A stretch of DNA of 64,000 nucleotides from Bacteroidota bacterium (GCA_029547265.1 JAKPPP010000195.1:795-64794), one strand, 5' to 3'; counted from the stretch's first letter, positions 1 through 9,996 are shown. Notes: a model not told the origin generated them from the sequence alone. Numbers and translations: made by a program.

Positions 1-16
1 AATAATCTATAAATAC

Positions 17-52
17 AAAAAAAGAGGTGACTACAAATCACCTCTTTTTTTT
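17..52. terminator. Bidirectional rho-independent terminator: stem agaggtga/tcacctct with a 7-nt loop, an A-run before and a T-run after
   Basis: Perfect 8-bp inverted repeat at 23-30 and 38-45, flanked by aaaaaa (17-22) and ttttttt (46-52). The stop codon of the minus-strand gene (31-33) lies in the loop. Confidence 0.55.
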
Positions 53-285
53 GCTCCTGATTCAGGCTTTGGTCCTCTTTTGTAAGTAATGAGTCCGTTT
101 AAAAAATTCCTTAGCAGCTGATCGCCGCAAGGCACATAATTCGGATGATCTTCTTTACGAAACAAAGCATTCAACTCGCTCTTCGTGATTTCGAAATCAT
201 TTAATTTTAAAATCTCAATAATATCGTCGTCCCGTAACTCTAAAGCAACACGGATTTTTTTCAGAATATCGTTATTGGTCAGCAT
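31..285 (-). CDS. Small DUF1456/YehS-family protein
   Basis: 84 aa. The N-terminus MLTNNDILKKIRVALELRDDDIIEI matches the conserved YehS/DUF1456 start (M.NNDILR.LRYAL.L.D..M) and is repeated twice in the protein. Confidence 0.55.
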   Translation of the reverse strand: MLTNNDILKKIRVALELRDDDIIEILKLNDFEITKSELNALFRKEDHPNYVPCGDQLLRNFLNGLITYKRGPKPESGAKKRGDL

Positions 286-312
286 AAATAATCTTTTTCC
301 TCTGCAAAGCTA

Positions 313-804
313 TTAAAACACATCCAAAAGCAACGTTTCGCGGTTATTAAAGTTGAATTTGTCAGCCTTTTTAAGCTTTAACATCTTTTGTGCAATAGGT
401 GCTGAAGGAGAAATACTCATAATAGAAAGATCTTCGAAGTCGACTTTTCCTAAATTGATGCAAACAAATGCATTAAATGACGATGTCAACACTACAGCAC
501 CATTTTTCACAAATTCTGCCGGATCAGTATCTTTCAAACTCAATAAAAAATCACGTTCTTTTAAAGCCTCGGCTAGAACCGAAGCATTTAAATCACGGGA
601 ATTCTGACTAAGAGCCCTAGCGGTCTCATGCTTGTCGCCGGCCGAACTTTTATCCTCATTATTGGCTGAATCTTGGGCATCCTTCACAGCCTCCTCTAAC
701 ATAGCAACCCTATCATTCAAAATAGCATGGCAATGATCGATAAATCTTTGCTTAAAAACCAACTTTTCATCGGTCGATAAAGCCATCAACTCCTCTCTAT
801 TCAT
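313..804 (-). CDS. GreA/GreB-family transcription elongation factor-like protein
   Basis: 163 aa. The C-terminal segment VVLTSSFNAFVCINLGKVDFEDLSIMSISPSAPIAQKMLKLKKADKFNF resembles the GreA C-terminal FKBP-like domain (IS.DSPLA.ALLGKKVGD). Confidence 0.45.
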   Translation of the reverse strand: MNREELMALSTDEKLVFKQRFIDHCHAILNDRVAMLEEAVKDAQDSANNEDKSSAGDKHETARALSQNSRDLNASVLAEALKERDFLLSLKDTDPAEFVKNGAVVLTSSFNAFVCINLGKVDFEDLSIMSISPSAPIAQKMLKLKKADKFNFNNRETLLLDVF

Positions 805-904
805 AGCGCGAAAATAGCCACAAATCCGAATTCGTAAGGAAGCAGGGTCAAATTAAGTCATTAAAAAAACTTTTCTCTCGTACTGTTGTTAAAACATTTT
901 GTTT

Positions 905-912
905 TATATTTG
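905..912 (+). promoter_or_regulatory. Candidate Bacteroidetes sigma-A -7 box (TAtaTTTG)
   Basis: tatatttg matches the TAnnTTTG consensus about 19 nt upstream of the probable start ATG at 931. There is an upstream TTG at 886-888, with suboptimal spacing. Confidence 0.25.
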
Positions 913-930
913 ATAAGCCAAATCAACACA

Positions 931-2268
931 ATGAAAAAAATTTTACTCTCCGTTTCAATCTTGCTAACAGTAAGTTTCGCGTTTGCCCAAACGGCAAATA
1001 CGATCTATGGAATAGCTCGTCAGAATTATTATTCGTATGTTGTTAATCCTTTTGATTCTTCAATTATCTCTCAGGTCTACGATTCAACTTCTATTCGATT
1101 AGGGTTATATAATACCATTACAGGTGTAGTTACTCCTGCCAGTGTAACCGGATTTAACGATGCAATTAATCTCACAGGAGCAGCACTAAATCCTTACGAC
1201 AATACCTATATTTTCATTGGTGCATCAAAAATGAATACACTTGATTTGAGTACCGGACAATTAATTAATCAAGCCACATTAAGTAATCCGAAGGGTGCAA
1301 GTTACTTCGACAATTTCCGCTTCTGTAATTCAGATAGTACTATGTACGGACTTGCCAGAAGAAATTATTTCGATTCAACCTTAATGATGACAGTGGGTTC
1401 TCTTTATTTAGCAAAAGCAAATACGAATACAGGAGTTATTACAGAAATCTCGCCTTTATCAGTAGGACAAGGATTTGCCTTAGCAGGAAGTGCAATTGAT
1501 CCATATCAAATGGTGTATTACTATTCAACAGGATCACATTTGGTGGGATTAGATATGTACAACGGAAGTATTTACAGCAATGCTCCTATTGGAACTGTTA
1601 CAAACCAATATTTCGACAACTTCACTTACAGTTGCGCCGACACAGCATTATACGGTTTAGTTAGAACAAACTACTTCAGCAATTCACCTAATCCTTGGAC
1701 CCCTTCTACCCTCGACTCATGCACTATTCGATTAGGCAAAATTGATCCTATAACTGGTATAGTGACCATTATTTCACAATCCCCGGTTTCTTATGGTGGA
1801 TATACTTTAAATGGAGGTGCGGCTATTGATCCTTTTACCATGATATACTATTACAGCGACGGAATAAATATGATAGGTGTTTCAATGGTAACGGGATTAG
1901 TAATAAGTACCCTTCCTTTTATATTCAATGGACCGCAATACTTTGACATGTTTAGAAACTTCGACAATTGCAAAGAAGCAGTTGCTATTCGATCGAATAC
2001 GTCAACATCGGTTGCAGAAAACAACATCCCTGAAAACAGCATTCGCATCTACCCTAACCCTGCGAAATCAGAAATACAATTAAGTAGCAAATTGAAATTA
2101 AATTCAGCAGCTATATTTGATATTACAGGGAAACTTCAGTCTGATTTCACTTTATTGTACAACGAAAAATCAACAATAAACATCAGCAATTTATCAGCGG
2201 GAATTTATCTGATTAAAGTAATAGCAAACGATAATTCAACTTACACTCAAAAGCTGATTGTAGAGTAG
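931..2268 (+). CDS. Secreted repeat protein with a T9SS type A C-terminal sorting domain
   Basis: Start moved to MKKILLSV, which is followed by a signal peptide. The C-terminus IRIYPNPAKSEIQL...GIYLIKV...KLIVE is a Por-secretion CTD. There are three internal repeats (YGIARQNYYS / YGLARRNYFDS / YGLVRTNYFSN, each followed by DP(F/Y)..IYYYS). Confidence 0.7.
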   Translation: MKKILLSVSILLTVSFAFAQTANTIYGIARQNYYSYVVNPFDSSIISQVYDSTSIRLGLYNTITGVVTPASVTGFNDAINLTGAALNPYDNTYIFIGASKMNTLDLSTGQLINQATLSNPKGASYFDNFRFCNSDSTMYGLARRNYFDSTLMMTVGSLYLAKANTNTGVITEISPLSVGQGFALAGSAIDPYQMVYYYSTGSHLVGLDMYNGSIYSNAPIGTVTNQYFDNFTYSCADTALYGLVRTNYFSNSPNPWTPSTLDSCTIRLGKIDPITGIVTIISQSPVSYGGYTLNGGAAIDPFTMIYYYSDGINMIGVSMVTGLVISTLPFIFNGPQYFDMFRNFDNCKEAVAIRSNTSTSVAENNIPENSIRIYPNPAKSEIQLSSKLKLNSAAIFDITGKLQSDFTLLYNEKSTINISNLSAGIYLIKVIANDNSTYTQKLIVE

Positions 2269-2272
2269 AAAA

Positions 2273-2878
2273 TCAGAATAACGCCAGTTGTTGTTCTTTC
2301 AACTGAAAGCTCTTACGATGGTGTGGAGTTAATCCGTATTTATGGATTGCCTGCACATGTACTTCCGTACCATAAGCTTTATTTCGATCCCATGCATATT
2401 GAGGAAATTCACTGTGCAGCTTTTTCATGAGCTCATCACGATGAGTCTTTGCCAGCACCGATGCAGCAGCAATCGAAAGATACTTTCCGTCACCTTTAAC
2501 GATGGTCACATGATCGATTCCTGCATAACGCTTAAAGCGATTTCCATCAATCAACAATAACTCGGGTTCAACCTTTAGTCCGGCGATTGCAGTATGCATT
2601 GCCTTATAAGTTGCATTTAAAATATTGATGCGGTCAATTTCCTCTGGACTAATCATTGCCACCGACCACGACAAAGCATCTTGTTCGATAAGCGTTCTCA
2701 AACGGTCACGCATCGACTCAGGTAATTGCTTCGAATCATTCAATGCCTCATACCAATCGAGCTTCTTACCAACAGGCAAAATAACTGCAGCAGCTACTAC
2801 GGGGCCGGCTAAACAACCTCGTCCCGCTTCGTCGATACCGGCCTCTAAAACCCTGTTATTATAATGAAGATTGAGCAT
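2273..2878 (-). CDS. rnhB: Ribonuclease HII
   Basis: 201 aa. GIDEAGRGCLAGPVVAAAVIL is the RNase HII active-site motif; the length is typical. Confidence 0.9.
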   Translation of the reverse strand: MLNLHYNNRVLEAGIDEAGRGCLAGPVVAAAVILPVGKKLDWYEALNDSKQLPESMRDRLRTLIEQDALSWSVAMISPEEIDRINILNATYKAMHTAIAGLKVEPELLLIDGNRFKRYAGIDHVTIVKGDGKYLSIAAASVLAKTHRDELMKKLHSEFPQYAWDRNKAYGTEVHVQAIHKYGLTPHHRKSFQLKEQQLALF

Positions 2879-2922
2879 TTGCCATCGATTTCCTACAAAT
2901 TCTCCTCTAAATTGATGTATTT

Positions 2923-4386
2923 TTGCGCCCGAATCAAGTGATGCAGAAAAAATTTATCACCAACCTGGCATTTTTGCTACTGTTGAACCTGCTTATCAAG
3001 CCCTTTTGGCTTTTGGGCATCGACCGTGCGGTACAAAATACTGTAGGTGCCGAGTCGTACGGTTTATATTCTGCCCTCTTCAACTTCAGCTTTTTGTTCA
3101 ATATTTTGTTGGATATTGGAATCACGAACTTCAATAACCGCAACATTGCTCAACATAACCACTTGCTTCAGAAGCACTTAAGTGGAATCATAATGCTTCG
3201 CTTGGTATTGGCGGGAGTATATGCAATAGTGAGCCTAGGCGTTGCCTTGATACTCGGATATAAAGGATCTCAACTATGGATGTTAGGCATCTTATTATTG
3301 AATCAAGGCCTCATTTCCTTTATTCTTTATCTCCGTTCGAATATTGCCGGCCTCCACTTATTCCGTATCGACAGTATGATTTCGGTCCTCGACAGAGCTA
3401 TAATGATCATCATCTGTTCGATTTTATTATGGGGCAATTGCACCGAGGGACAATTCAGGATTGAGTGGTTTGTATGGGCTCAGACTTTTGCGTACCTAAT
3501 AACGATATTGGTTACCTTCCTAATTGTAAGTAGCAAGGCGAAACTCAACCGACTACAATGGAATCCGAAGTTCTTCTTGATCATTCTAAAGCAGAGTTAT
3601 CCCTTTGCGATATTGATTTTGTTGATGACATTCTATAACCGAATTGACTCGGTAATGCTTGAACGACTATTACCCAATGGAGCCGAGCAAGCAGGTATCT
3701 ACGCACAAAGCTATCGACTGTTAGATGCATCCAATATGATCGCCTACCTCTTCAGCGGGTTATTGTTACCAATGTTTTCGCAAATGATAAAAAAGAAGCA
3801 GCCATTGGAGGAATTGGTTGAATTATCTTTCTCCTTTATCGCAATTCCTGCTATCACAGTAATATCATTCTGTTTCTTCTTCAGCCAAGATATAATGGGC
3901 TTATTGTATCATGCACATGTAGTAGAATCGGCAGCAGTATTCAGACTCATTATGAGCTGTTTTTTAGCAATTAGCTCTGTTTATATTTTCGGGACGTTAT
4001 TAACCGCGAACGGAAATCTTAAATACTTGAATTTAGTAGCTATGTCGGGAATGATTATGAACATAGCACTCAACCTTATATTGATTCCTAAAATGCAATC
4101 GTTGGGAGCGGCTACTGCCAGTATGACTACCCAATTCATTACTGCAGGATTACAGATCTGGTTAGCGCACCGAGTATTTCACTTTAAATTCCAATGGAAT
4201 TTAGGATTACGCTACTTATTATTCATCGGATTGAGCTTTGGAATCTTCTATTTCCTGCATTCAACAGAAGGACATTGGATGATGAAAGGAATGCTGGGAG
4301 TAGCAGCTTGCTTCATGATATCGCTTCTTTTGTACTTGATCAGACCTCGAGAATTGGTAAAACTGATCAAGTCAGAAAAAGCATAA
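2923..4386 (+). CDS. Wzx-like polysaccharide/oligosaccharide flippase (MOP superfamily)
   Basis: 487 aa, polytopic with about 12-14 TM helices and the typical flippase size and composition. The start may instead be the internal MQKKF at 2941. Confidence 0.65.
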   Translation: MRPNQVMQKKFITNLAFLLLLNLLIKPFWLLGIDRAVQNTVGAESYGLYSALFNFSFLFNILLDIGITNFNNRNIAQHNHLLQKHLSGIIMLRLVLAGVYAIVSLGVALILGYKGSQLWMLGILLLNQGLISFILYLRSNIAGLHLFRIDSMISVLDRAIMIIICSILLWGNCTEGQFRIEWFVWAQTFAYLITILVTFLIVSSKAKLNRLQWNPKFFLIILKQSYPFAILILLMTFYNRIDSVMLERLLPNGAEQAGIYAQSYRLLDASNMIAYLFSGLLLPMFSQMIKKKQPLEELVELSFSFIAIPAITVISFCFFFSQDIMGLLYHAHVVESAAVFRLIMSCFLAISSVYIFGTLLTANGNLKYLNLVAMSGMIMNIALNLILIPKMQSLGAATASMTTQFITAGLQIWLAHRVFHFKFQWNLGLRYLLFIGLSFGIFYFLHSTEGHWMMKGMLGVAACFMISLLLYLIRPRELVKLIKSEKA

Positions 4387-4540
4387 CATTCATTTTCAGC
4401 TATTTATATCAATAAAGACAGATTTTCATCTTACGTCTTCAAGTCTTCATTTTCAATAAAATCTATTTTGCATTGTGGACAAGGAATGCAGCCTCTTTTA
4501 CGTTATTTTTGCCGACCCTTAATATGTAATCTACAGTACC

Positions 4541-5518
4541 ATGAACAAGGCGGCTACAGAAACCGATCAGTTGAATACCATTAAATTACTACGAATCTTG
4601 AAGAAGTGGAAAAAGCAACTGCTTCAGATATTCGTTGCCTCAGCGATAGCGGGCTTTATAATTACGCTTCCATTCATTATGAAGCCGATGTATAAATCGT
4701 CGGCCGTATTGTATCCTGCCAATTTATCACCGTATTCGAAAGAAACTCCTACGGAACAAATGGTACAGCTATTAAGCTCGGAAGATGTGCGTGATAGCCT
4801 AGTAAAAACCTTTCATCTTTATAAGCACTATGGTATTGACTCGGTAAACGGTTATCCTTGGTACGAAATGATGAAACGCATGGATGACAACATCAGCGTA
4901 GGAAAAAATCAATATGAAGCTATTGAAGTAGCAGTGTTCGATGAAGATCCTAAAATGGCTCAACAGCTTTGTGCGGGTTTAATTCACTTCATGGATCAAA
5001 AAGCAAAATCATTAATTCACATTCGTGCTTTAGAAGCAGCAAGCGTAAATAAAGTAATGATGGATCATGAGAAACTTATCTTGGATTCATTAGATGAGCA
5101 AATGACAACTATTCGTAAAGAATATGGCATTACCGATTTCGAACAACAAGTTGGAAGTTTTGCTCGTGAATATTATAGAGTAATGGCAGGAGGCGGAGCT
5201 AATGCGAAGATGGCTACTATGCAAAAAAACTTCGAAGAAAAAGGAGCTGAATATATGTTCTTGAAAGAAACACTTTGGAGAGTTCGAGGAACGTATAACG
5301 ACTATCGTAAGAATTACGAGACTGCAATAAATGATGCACAAAAAGATCTTGATTTCCACAATACGGTTTCTCCTCCACTAGTACCGGAGAAAAAAGATTC
5401 ACCTAAGCGTGCGTTGATAATGATTATGTTTTCTTTATCAGTAATGTTAGTAGCTGTTATCGTAATTGTTTATCAAGAGCAATATCGCGACCGACTTTTA
5501 CAACAACTAGAAGCGTAA
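4541..5518 (+). CDS. Wzz-like polysaccharide chain-length determinant (PCP) protein
   Basis: 325 aa with one N-terminal TM, a large soluble middle region, a proline-rich segment (SPPLVPEKKDSPKRA) and a C-terminal TM. This is the PCP-1 topology. Confidence 0.5.
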   Translation: MNKAATETDQLNTIKLLRILKKWKKQLLQIFVASAIAGFIITLPFIMKPMYKSSAVLYPANLSPYSKETPTEQMVQLLSSEDVRDSLVKTFHLYKHYGIDSVNGYPWYEMMKRMDDNISVGKNQYEAIEVAVFDEDPKMAQQLCAGLIHFMDQKAKSLIHIRALEAASVNKVMMDHEKLILDSLDEQMTTIRKEYGITDFEQQVGSFAREYYRVMAGGGANAKMATMQKNFEEKGAEYMFLKETLWRVRGTYNDYRKNYETAINDAQKDLDFHNTVSPPLVPEKKDSPKRALIMIMFSLSVMLVAVIVIVYQEQYRDRLLQQLEA

Positions 5519-5525
5519 AAAAACG

Positions 5526-7001
5526 GTGCAGCCGATTAAATCATCTTTCTATCAACTCGACAAAAATCAGGTTCGCTGGTTTTATGCGATTACAGTACTT
5601 ATATGTTCTGTGATTGCTTACGGATTGATTAAAGGATATTTATTTTCAGTCGGACTCCCCTTTGCACTTATCCTACTTCTCATGACGATATTTCGTCTTG
5701 ATTTAGTAGTTTATCTTTCAGTATTCGTAACTCCTTTTTCTATCAACCTTGCTAAAACGAGTATTGGCATTGGCGTAAGTTTACCGAGTGAACCAATTAT
5801 GTTTGGATTGTTTTTAGTCTTCTGGTTAAAGATTTTATCGGAAGGTGGATTAGACAAACGCATCACCAATCATCCTGTAACATGGATGATATTCTTCCAT
5901 TTGTTTTGGTACTCGATAACTACAGCAACGAGCTCAATGCCGATGGTATCTTTTAAATCGACGTTAGCTAGATTCTGCTACATATCGGTTTTCTATTTCA
6001 TGGTATTGTATTTATTCTCGCATTACAAGAACATTAAGAAATTCTTGTGGCTCTATATGATTCCTTTAGGTATAGTTTGTTTGATTACTATGGCTAATCA
6101 AGCAGCCGCAGGATTCACCGAGAAAAACGCACATATCGCAATGGTTCCGTTTTACAACGACCATACAGCTTATGCAGCAGTAATTGCATTCTTTATTCCT
6201 CTGTTAATCGCATTAATTGTTAATCCCGAAGAGACCAAGAAGGCAAGAACCAATGCAATATTAATGTTCGTGTTATTAGTAACTGCCATTGTACTTTCTT
6301 ATACGCGAGCGGCATGGGTAGCATTAGCGGGAGGATTAGCTTGTTATTTGGTTTACGTATTTCGCATTAAAGATTGGATGGTTTACACCGGAATTGCGTT
6401 AGTAGTAATTACCTATGCGTTATTTCATGTGCAAATCACCATGTACCTTGAAAGAAACGACAAAACATCATCTACCGATTTTTCAGCGCACGTACAATCG
6501 ATTGGTAATATCTCAACCGACGATTCAAATATTGAACGACTAAACAGATGGTCGTGTGCATTGCGGATGTTTAAAGACAAACCTATTTTCGGATATGGTC
6601 CTGGGACATACATGTTCCAATACGGACGCTATCAAAAATACTCTGAACGCTCGGGCATCAGTACCAACTTTGCTGAAGGAGGAGGTTCGCATAGCGAATA
6701 CTTAGGTCCATTATCGGAGCAAGGAATTTTAGGACCAATCACTTTTATTCTCATAGCCGCAGTCGTTATACAACGATCAGCAAAATTCTTGCGTCGCTGC
6801 AACGATAAAAGCACAAGAGGATTAGTAAAGGGACTATTAATGGGATTAGTAACCTATTGGATTCACGGAGGATTAAACTACTTCCTTGATACCGAAAAAG
6901 CGGCTGTACCTTTTTGGGGATTCATTGCTGCGTTAGTAGCTTTAGAAATCTACTACGACGACCATACGGCACAAAAGTTAAGCGAGCGATCGGCAGCTTA
7001 A
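5526..7001 (+). CDS. O-antigen ligase (Wzy/WaaL) family membrane protein
   Basis: 491 aa, polytopic, with a large periplasmic loop in the C-terminal third, which is the Wzy_C/O-antigen-ligase architecture. Confidence 0.55.
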   Translation: MQPIKSSFYQLDKNQVRWFYAITVLICSVIAYGLIKGYLFSVGLPFALILLLMTIFRLDLVVYLSVFVTPFSINLAKTSIGIGVSLPSEPIMFGLFLVFWLKILSEGGLDKRITNHPVTWMIFFHLFWYSITTATSSMPMVSFKSTLARFCYISVFYFMVLYLFSHYKNIKKFLWLYMIPLGIVCLITMANQAAAGFTEKNAHIAMVPFYNDHTAYAAVIAFFIPLLIALIVNPEETKKARTNAILMFVLLVTAIVLSYTRAAWVALAGGLACYLVYVFRIKDWMVYTGIALVVITYALFHVQITMYLERNDKTSSTDFSAHVQSIGNISTDDSNIERLNRWSCALRMFKDKPIFGYGPGTYMFQYGRYQKYSERSGISTNFAEGGGSHSEYLGPLSEQGILGPITFILIAAVVIQRSAKFLRRCNDKSTRGLVKGLLMGLVTYWIHGGLNYFLDTEKAAVPFWGFIAALVALEIYYDDHTAQKLSERSAA

Positions 7002-8213
7002 CAAGGTAACATCATCGATTGCTTCGGTGTTGTTTTTGAATTTCGTAAAGGATTCAATTATTCTATAATGCAAATCTTTCATCGTAAAAGCATCGGCATT
7101 TTCTTTAATTAAATCCATCAAAATTTCCATTCCGAAAATATCACCTTTTTCATTTTCTTGCTCCACTACTCCATCGGTATAGCAAAACAATGTTGAGCCG
7201 GGTTTTAGATGTACCATTCCCTCGTGGATAAATGGTAATTCTTCAAACATGCCTAGTCCTGTTGTTCCTTTATCGAGTAAAACAAATTCGCCATCGGCAT
7301 AAATGAACGGAGGATTATGTCCCGCGTTGATGTATTTAACAATATGCGTTTGGGTATTTAACACCGCAATAAAAACGGTTATAAACTTCTCGCCTTTCGC
7401 CGATTTATTTACACTACTATTTAAATCGTGAATCAGAGCTTTTAACGAATTCGAATAAAGAGCCTTTGCATTTAAGTTGGCTTGAAAATTCGACATCAAC
7501 AAAGCCGCTGAAATTCCTTTTCCTGAAACATCAGCAAGACAAATCATCAGTTCATGCTCATTCAATTCGATATAATCGTAGTAATCTCCTCCTACTAATT
7601 CGTGGGGAAGATATGTCGCTGCTAAATCGATTTTCTTATTCGAAGGAAGATGAGCAGGGAACAACATGTTTTGCATGCGTGCCGCTAGTTCTAACTCCTT
7701 CTCCATTTGAGCTTGTCGGATAGTATCACGTGTCAATCGCTTATTCTCGATTGCAACAACAATAATATTGGTAATGGTATGAATGAAAGGTAAAACTTCT
7801 TTTAACCCCGTAATCTCTTCATGCTCGGTGCCACCGATAAATGCATAAGCAAGGGCTTGGTTATTATGAAATACGGGAATAATACTTTCGAATCCGTGCA
7901 CCCAATCCGGCATTGCCACATTATTGAGTTGCATCTGACTGATTTCATTCAGTCGTTCTTCTACTTGATCAACATGAAAATCTTCATCGAGTCCGTACGA
8001 CAGCATTTTATGCCATGTCTGCTCATGAATAAACAACAATAATTTTTTAACCTTCAGCTGATCACGCATTACGGTCTCGTAAATTTCAAAAAGCTGAGCC
8101 GCCGGCAAATTATAATTAATTGCCTTGGTAATCTGCAAGAGCCAATGCAATTGCAGTTTTTTAACGTTCAATTCTGAATGCGATCCCAATGCCGGTTCTT
8201 TTACCAAGGTCAT
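6978..8213 (-). CDS. GAF-domain sensor fused to a PP2C-type (SpoIIE/RsbU-like) serine phosphatase
   Basis: 411 aa. The C-terminal half carries LADVSGKGISAALLMSNF...YTDGVVE, the SpoIIE/PP2C motifs. The N-terminal half is GAF-like. Confidence 0.8.
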   Translation of the reverse strand: MTLVKEPALGSHSELNVKKLQLHWLLQITKAINYNLPAAQLFEIYETVMRDQLKVKKLLLFIHEQTWHKMLSYGLDEDFHVDQVEERLNEISQMQLNNVAMPDWVHGFESIIPVFHNNQALAYAFIGGTEHEEITGLKEVLPFIHTITNIIVVAIENKRLTRDTIRQAQMEKELELAARMQNMLFPAHLPSNKKIDLAATYLPHELVGGDYYDYIELNEHELMICLADVSGKGISAALLMSNFQANLNAKALYSNSLKALIHDLNSSVNKSAKGEKFITVFIAVLNTQTHIVKYINAGHNPPFIYADGEFVLLDKGTTGLGMFEELPFIHEGMVHLKPGSTLFCYTDGVVEQENEKGDIFGMEILMDLIKENADAFTMKDLHYRIIESFTKFKNNTEAIDDVTLLSCRSLA

Positions 8214-8254
8214 TGTACGAAACTACATACAAGATAAACCTTAGGTGAGGGTTA

Positions 8255-9181
8255 TTACTTTAACTTTTCAACAAGTTCAGGCAAGCGATTCATAAGCGCC
8301 AATTCTTTCATTTTTTCGCGAGCTTCCTTCACCGGACTACCAAAGTAAGTTCCTGTTTTAAGCGATTTAGGAACACCACTTTGTCCGAGAACAACCGTGC
8401 CTTTACTAATCGTTAAATCTTTCTGAACGCCAACTTGTCCCCAAAGAATAACCTCATCTTCGATATTCACACAACCTGCAATACCTACTTGAGCCGCGAA
8501 CAAGCAATTCTTACCGATAACAGTATCGTGACCAACATGCACATGATCATCGAGTTTAGAACCTTGTCCGATGATGGTATCTGCAGAAACACCGCGATCA
8601 ATCGTACACATTGCACCGATTTCAACATCATCGTGAATTACCACGCGACCGCATGAATGCATTTTTTCATAATGCGAAGGGCGACGTTTAAAATAGAAAG
8701 CATCGGCACCTAGTACGGCATTCGCATGAATAACCACGTTATCACCAATAACGGAATGATCGTAGATTACTACACCGCTATGGATAAGACAATTTTTCCC
8801 GATTTCAGCATTCGGACCAATAGAAACATTCGGTTGAATCACGGTACCCTGGCCAATTTTAGCAGAAGGATGAATAGCCGATGTTGAAGGCACGAAAGGC
8901 ATAAAATTTTTACAAAGCCAAACGTAATCTCTAAAAGGATCATCCGAAAAAATTAGTGCTTTGCCTGCAGGAGCTTCCACCTCTTTATTAATGATAACAA
9001 AAGTAGCGGCAGAATTCAGCGCCTTATCATAATACTTCGGATGATCAACGAAAGTAAGATCACCGGCCTCGACACGATGAATTTCGTTAATACCTGTAAC
9101 CAACATACTGCCATCGCCAATAACGCGGGCATCAACAAGAGCAGCTAATTCGCTCAGCGGATAAGATTTCTGGAGTTTCAT
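8255..9181 (-). CDS. lpxD: UDP-3-O-acylglucosamine N-acyltransferase
   Basis: Extended hexapeptide-repeat left-handed beta-helix (I/V-G-x-x-x-x repeats). The N-terminus MKLQKSYPLSELAALVDARVIGDG is LpxD-like. The start was trimmed from the ORF-track 9211 to the MKLQK methionine. Confidence 0.85.
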   Translation of the reverse strand: MKLQKSYPLSELAALVDARVIGDGSMLVTGINEIHRVEAGDLTFVDHPKYYDKALNSAATFVIINKEVEAPAGKALIFSDDPFRDYVWLCKNFMPFVPSTSAIHPSAKIGQGTVIQPNVSIGPNAEIGKNCLIHSGVVIYDHSVIGDNVVIHANAVLGADAFYFKRRPSHYEKMHSCGRVVIHDDVEIGAMCTIDRGVSADTIIGQGSKLDDHVHVGHDTVIGKNCLFAAQVGIAGCVNIEDEVILWGQVGVQKDLTISKGTVVLGQSGVPKSLKTGTYFGSPVKEAREKMKELALMNRLPELVEKLK

Positions 9182-9294
9182 ATAAGAGAGCACAAAGATA
9201 CAAGAACCCAATCAAAATATTGCATAAAGTTAACCGCATAAAAAAAGGGAGAATGACAATTAAGCCATCCCCCCTTAACCTACCTATAAGAACT

Positions 9295-9996
9295 CTAATT
9301 GTTAACGATGATATTAGCCGATAAAGCTTGACTACCTACTCCACCTAAAAATCCGCCAGCATAAACTGTATAGATTTTACCAGCTGTTAAAGTTATCGGG
9401 TCAAGATCTAGTGCCACGGTAGAAGTACCTGCCACACGAACTTCTAAATTGTAAGTACCTGCATCTAACGGAGTGAAATCAGTTGCTTGCTTAAACGATT
9501 TATTAGCAAAAACTACTGCTCCGCCTGTTACAGCGACATCAACTGCAGGAGCATTCGGAGAAAGGTGAACGAAACGAACATGAGCTTTTCCTGCTGCTGG
9601 AGCCGTAAGATCGTCGGTTAAACGTACAGTAGATAATTTAGAAACGCTGTCAACAGCAAATAATGTGTAATTCACATTTTTAGTGAAAGGCAAATCGGCA
9701 TTAATAACCGTAGTTGATGTGCCTGCCACATTCACTTTTACGTTTCTAGTTCCTTCTGTTACAGATAAATAACCTGTAGCATCTAAGAATTCTACCGGAT
9801 CGGTATTAACCTTAGAGCCGGCTACATAAAGATCTACTCCGGGAGCATCAGGAGAAGCATGTACTACCATCATTTTTGCAGTACCTGTTGTTGGTGTAGC
9901 TGTATCATCATCATCATCCTTGCAAGATGAAAATGAAGTCATAATTACAGCAGCTGCAAGCGCTAAAGTTGAAAATTTTAAAATTGATTGTTTCAT
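9295..9996 (-). CDS. DUF4397-like secreted lipoprotein
   Basis: 233 aa with a signal peptide plus SCKDDDDD. Repeated MVVHASPDAPGVDLYV / VRFVHLSPNAPAVDV halves are typical of DUF4397. Confidence 0.5.
   Translation of the reverse strand: MKQSILKFSTLALAAAVIMTSFSSCKDDDDDTATPTTGTAKMMVVHASPDAPGVDLYVAGSKVNTDPVEFLDATGYLSVTEGTRNVKVNVAGTSTTVINADLPFTKNVNYTLFAVDSVSKLSTVRLTDDLTAPAAGKAHVRFVHLSPNAPAVDVAVTGGAVVFANKSFKQATDFTPLDAGTYNLEVRVAGTSTVALDLDPITLTAGKIYTVYAGGFLGGVGSQALSANIIVNN

Noticed and set aside
353-607. Short ORFs embedded antisense or out of frame inside well-supported genes. These include 353-607, 1851-2048, 2342-2560, 2625-2864, 10930-11259, 26845-27153, 57636-57959 and 60207-60470, among others.
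   Set aside because: Each lies entirely within a longer ORF that has clear family motifs on the other strand or frame. They lack signal or domain features and are typical six-frame noise.
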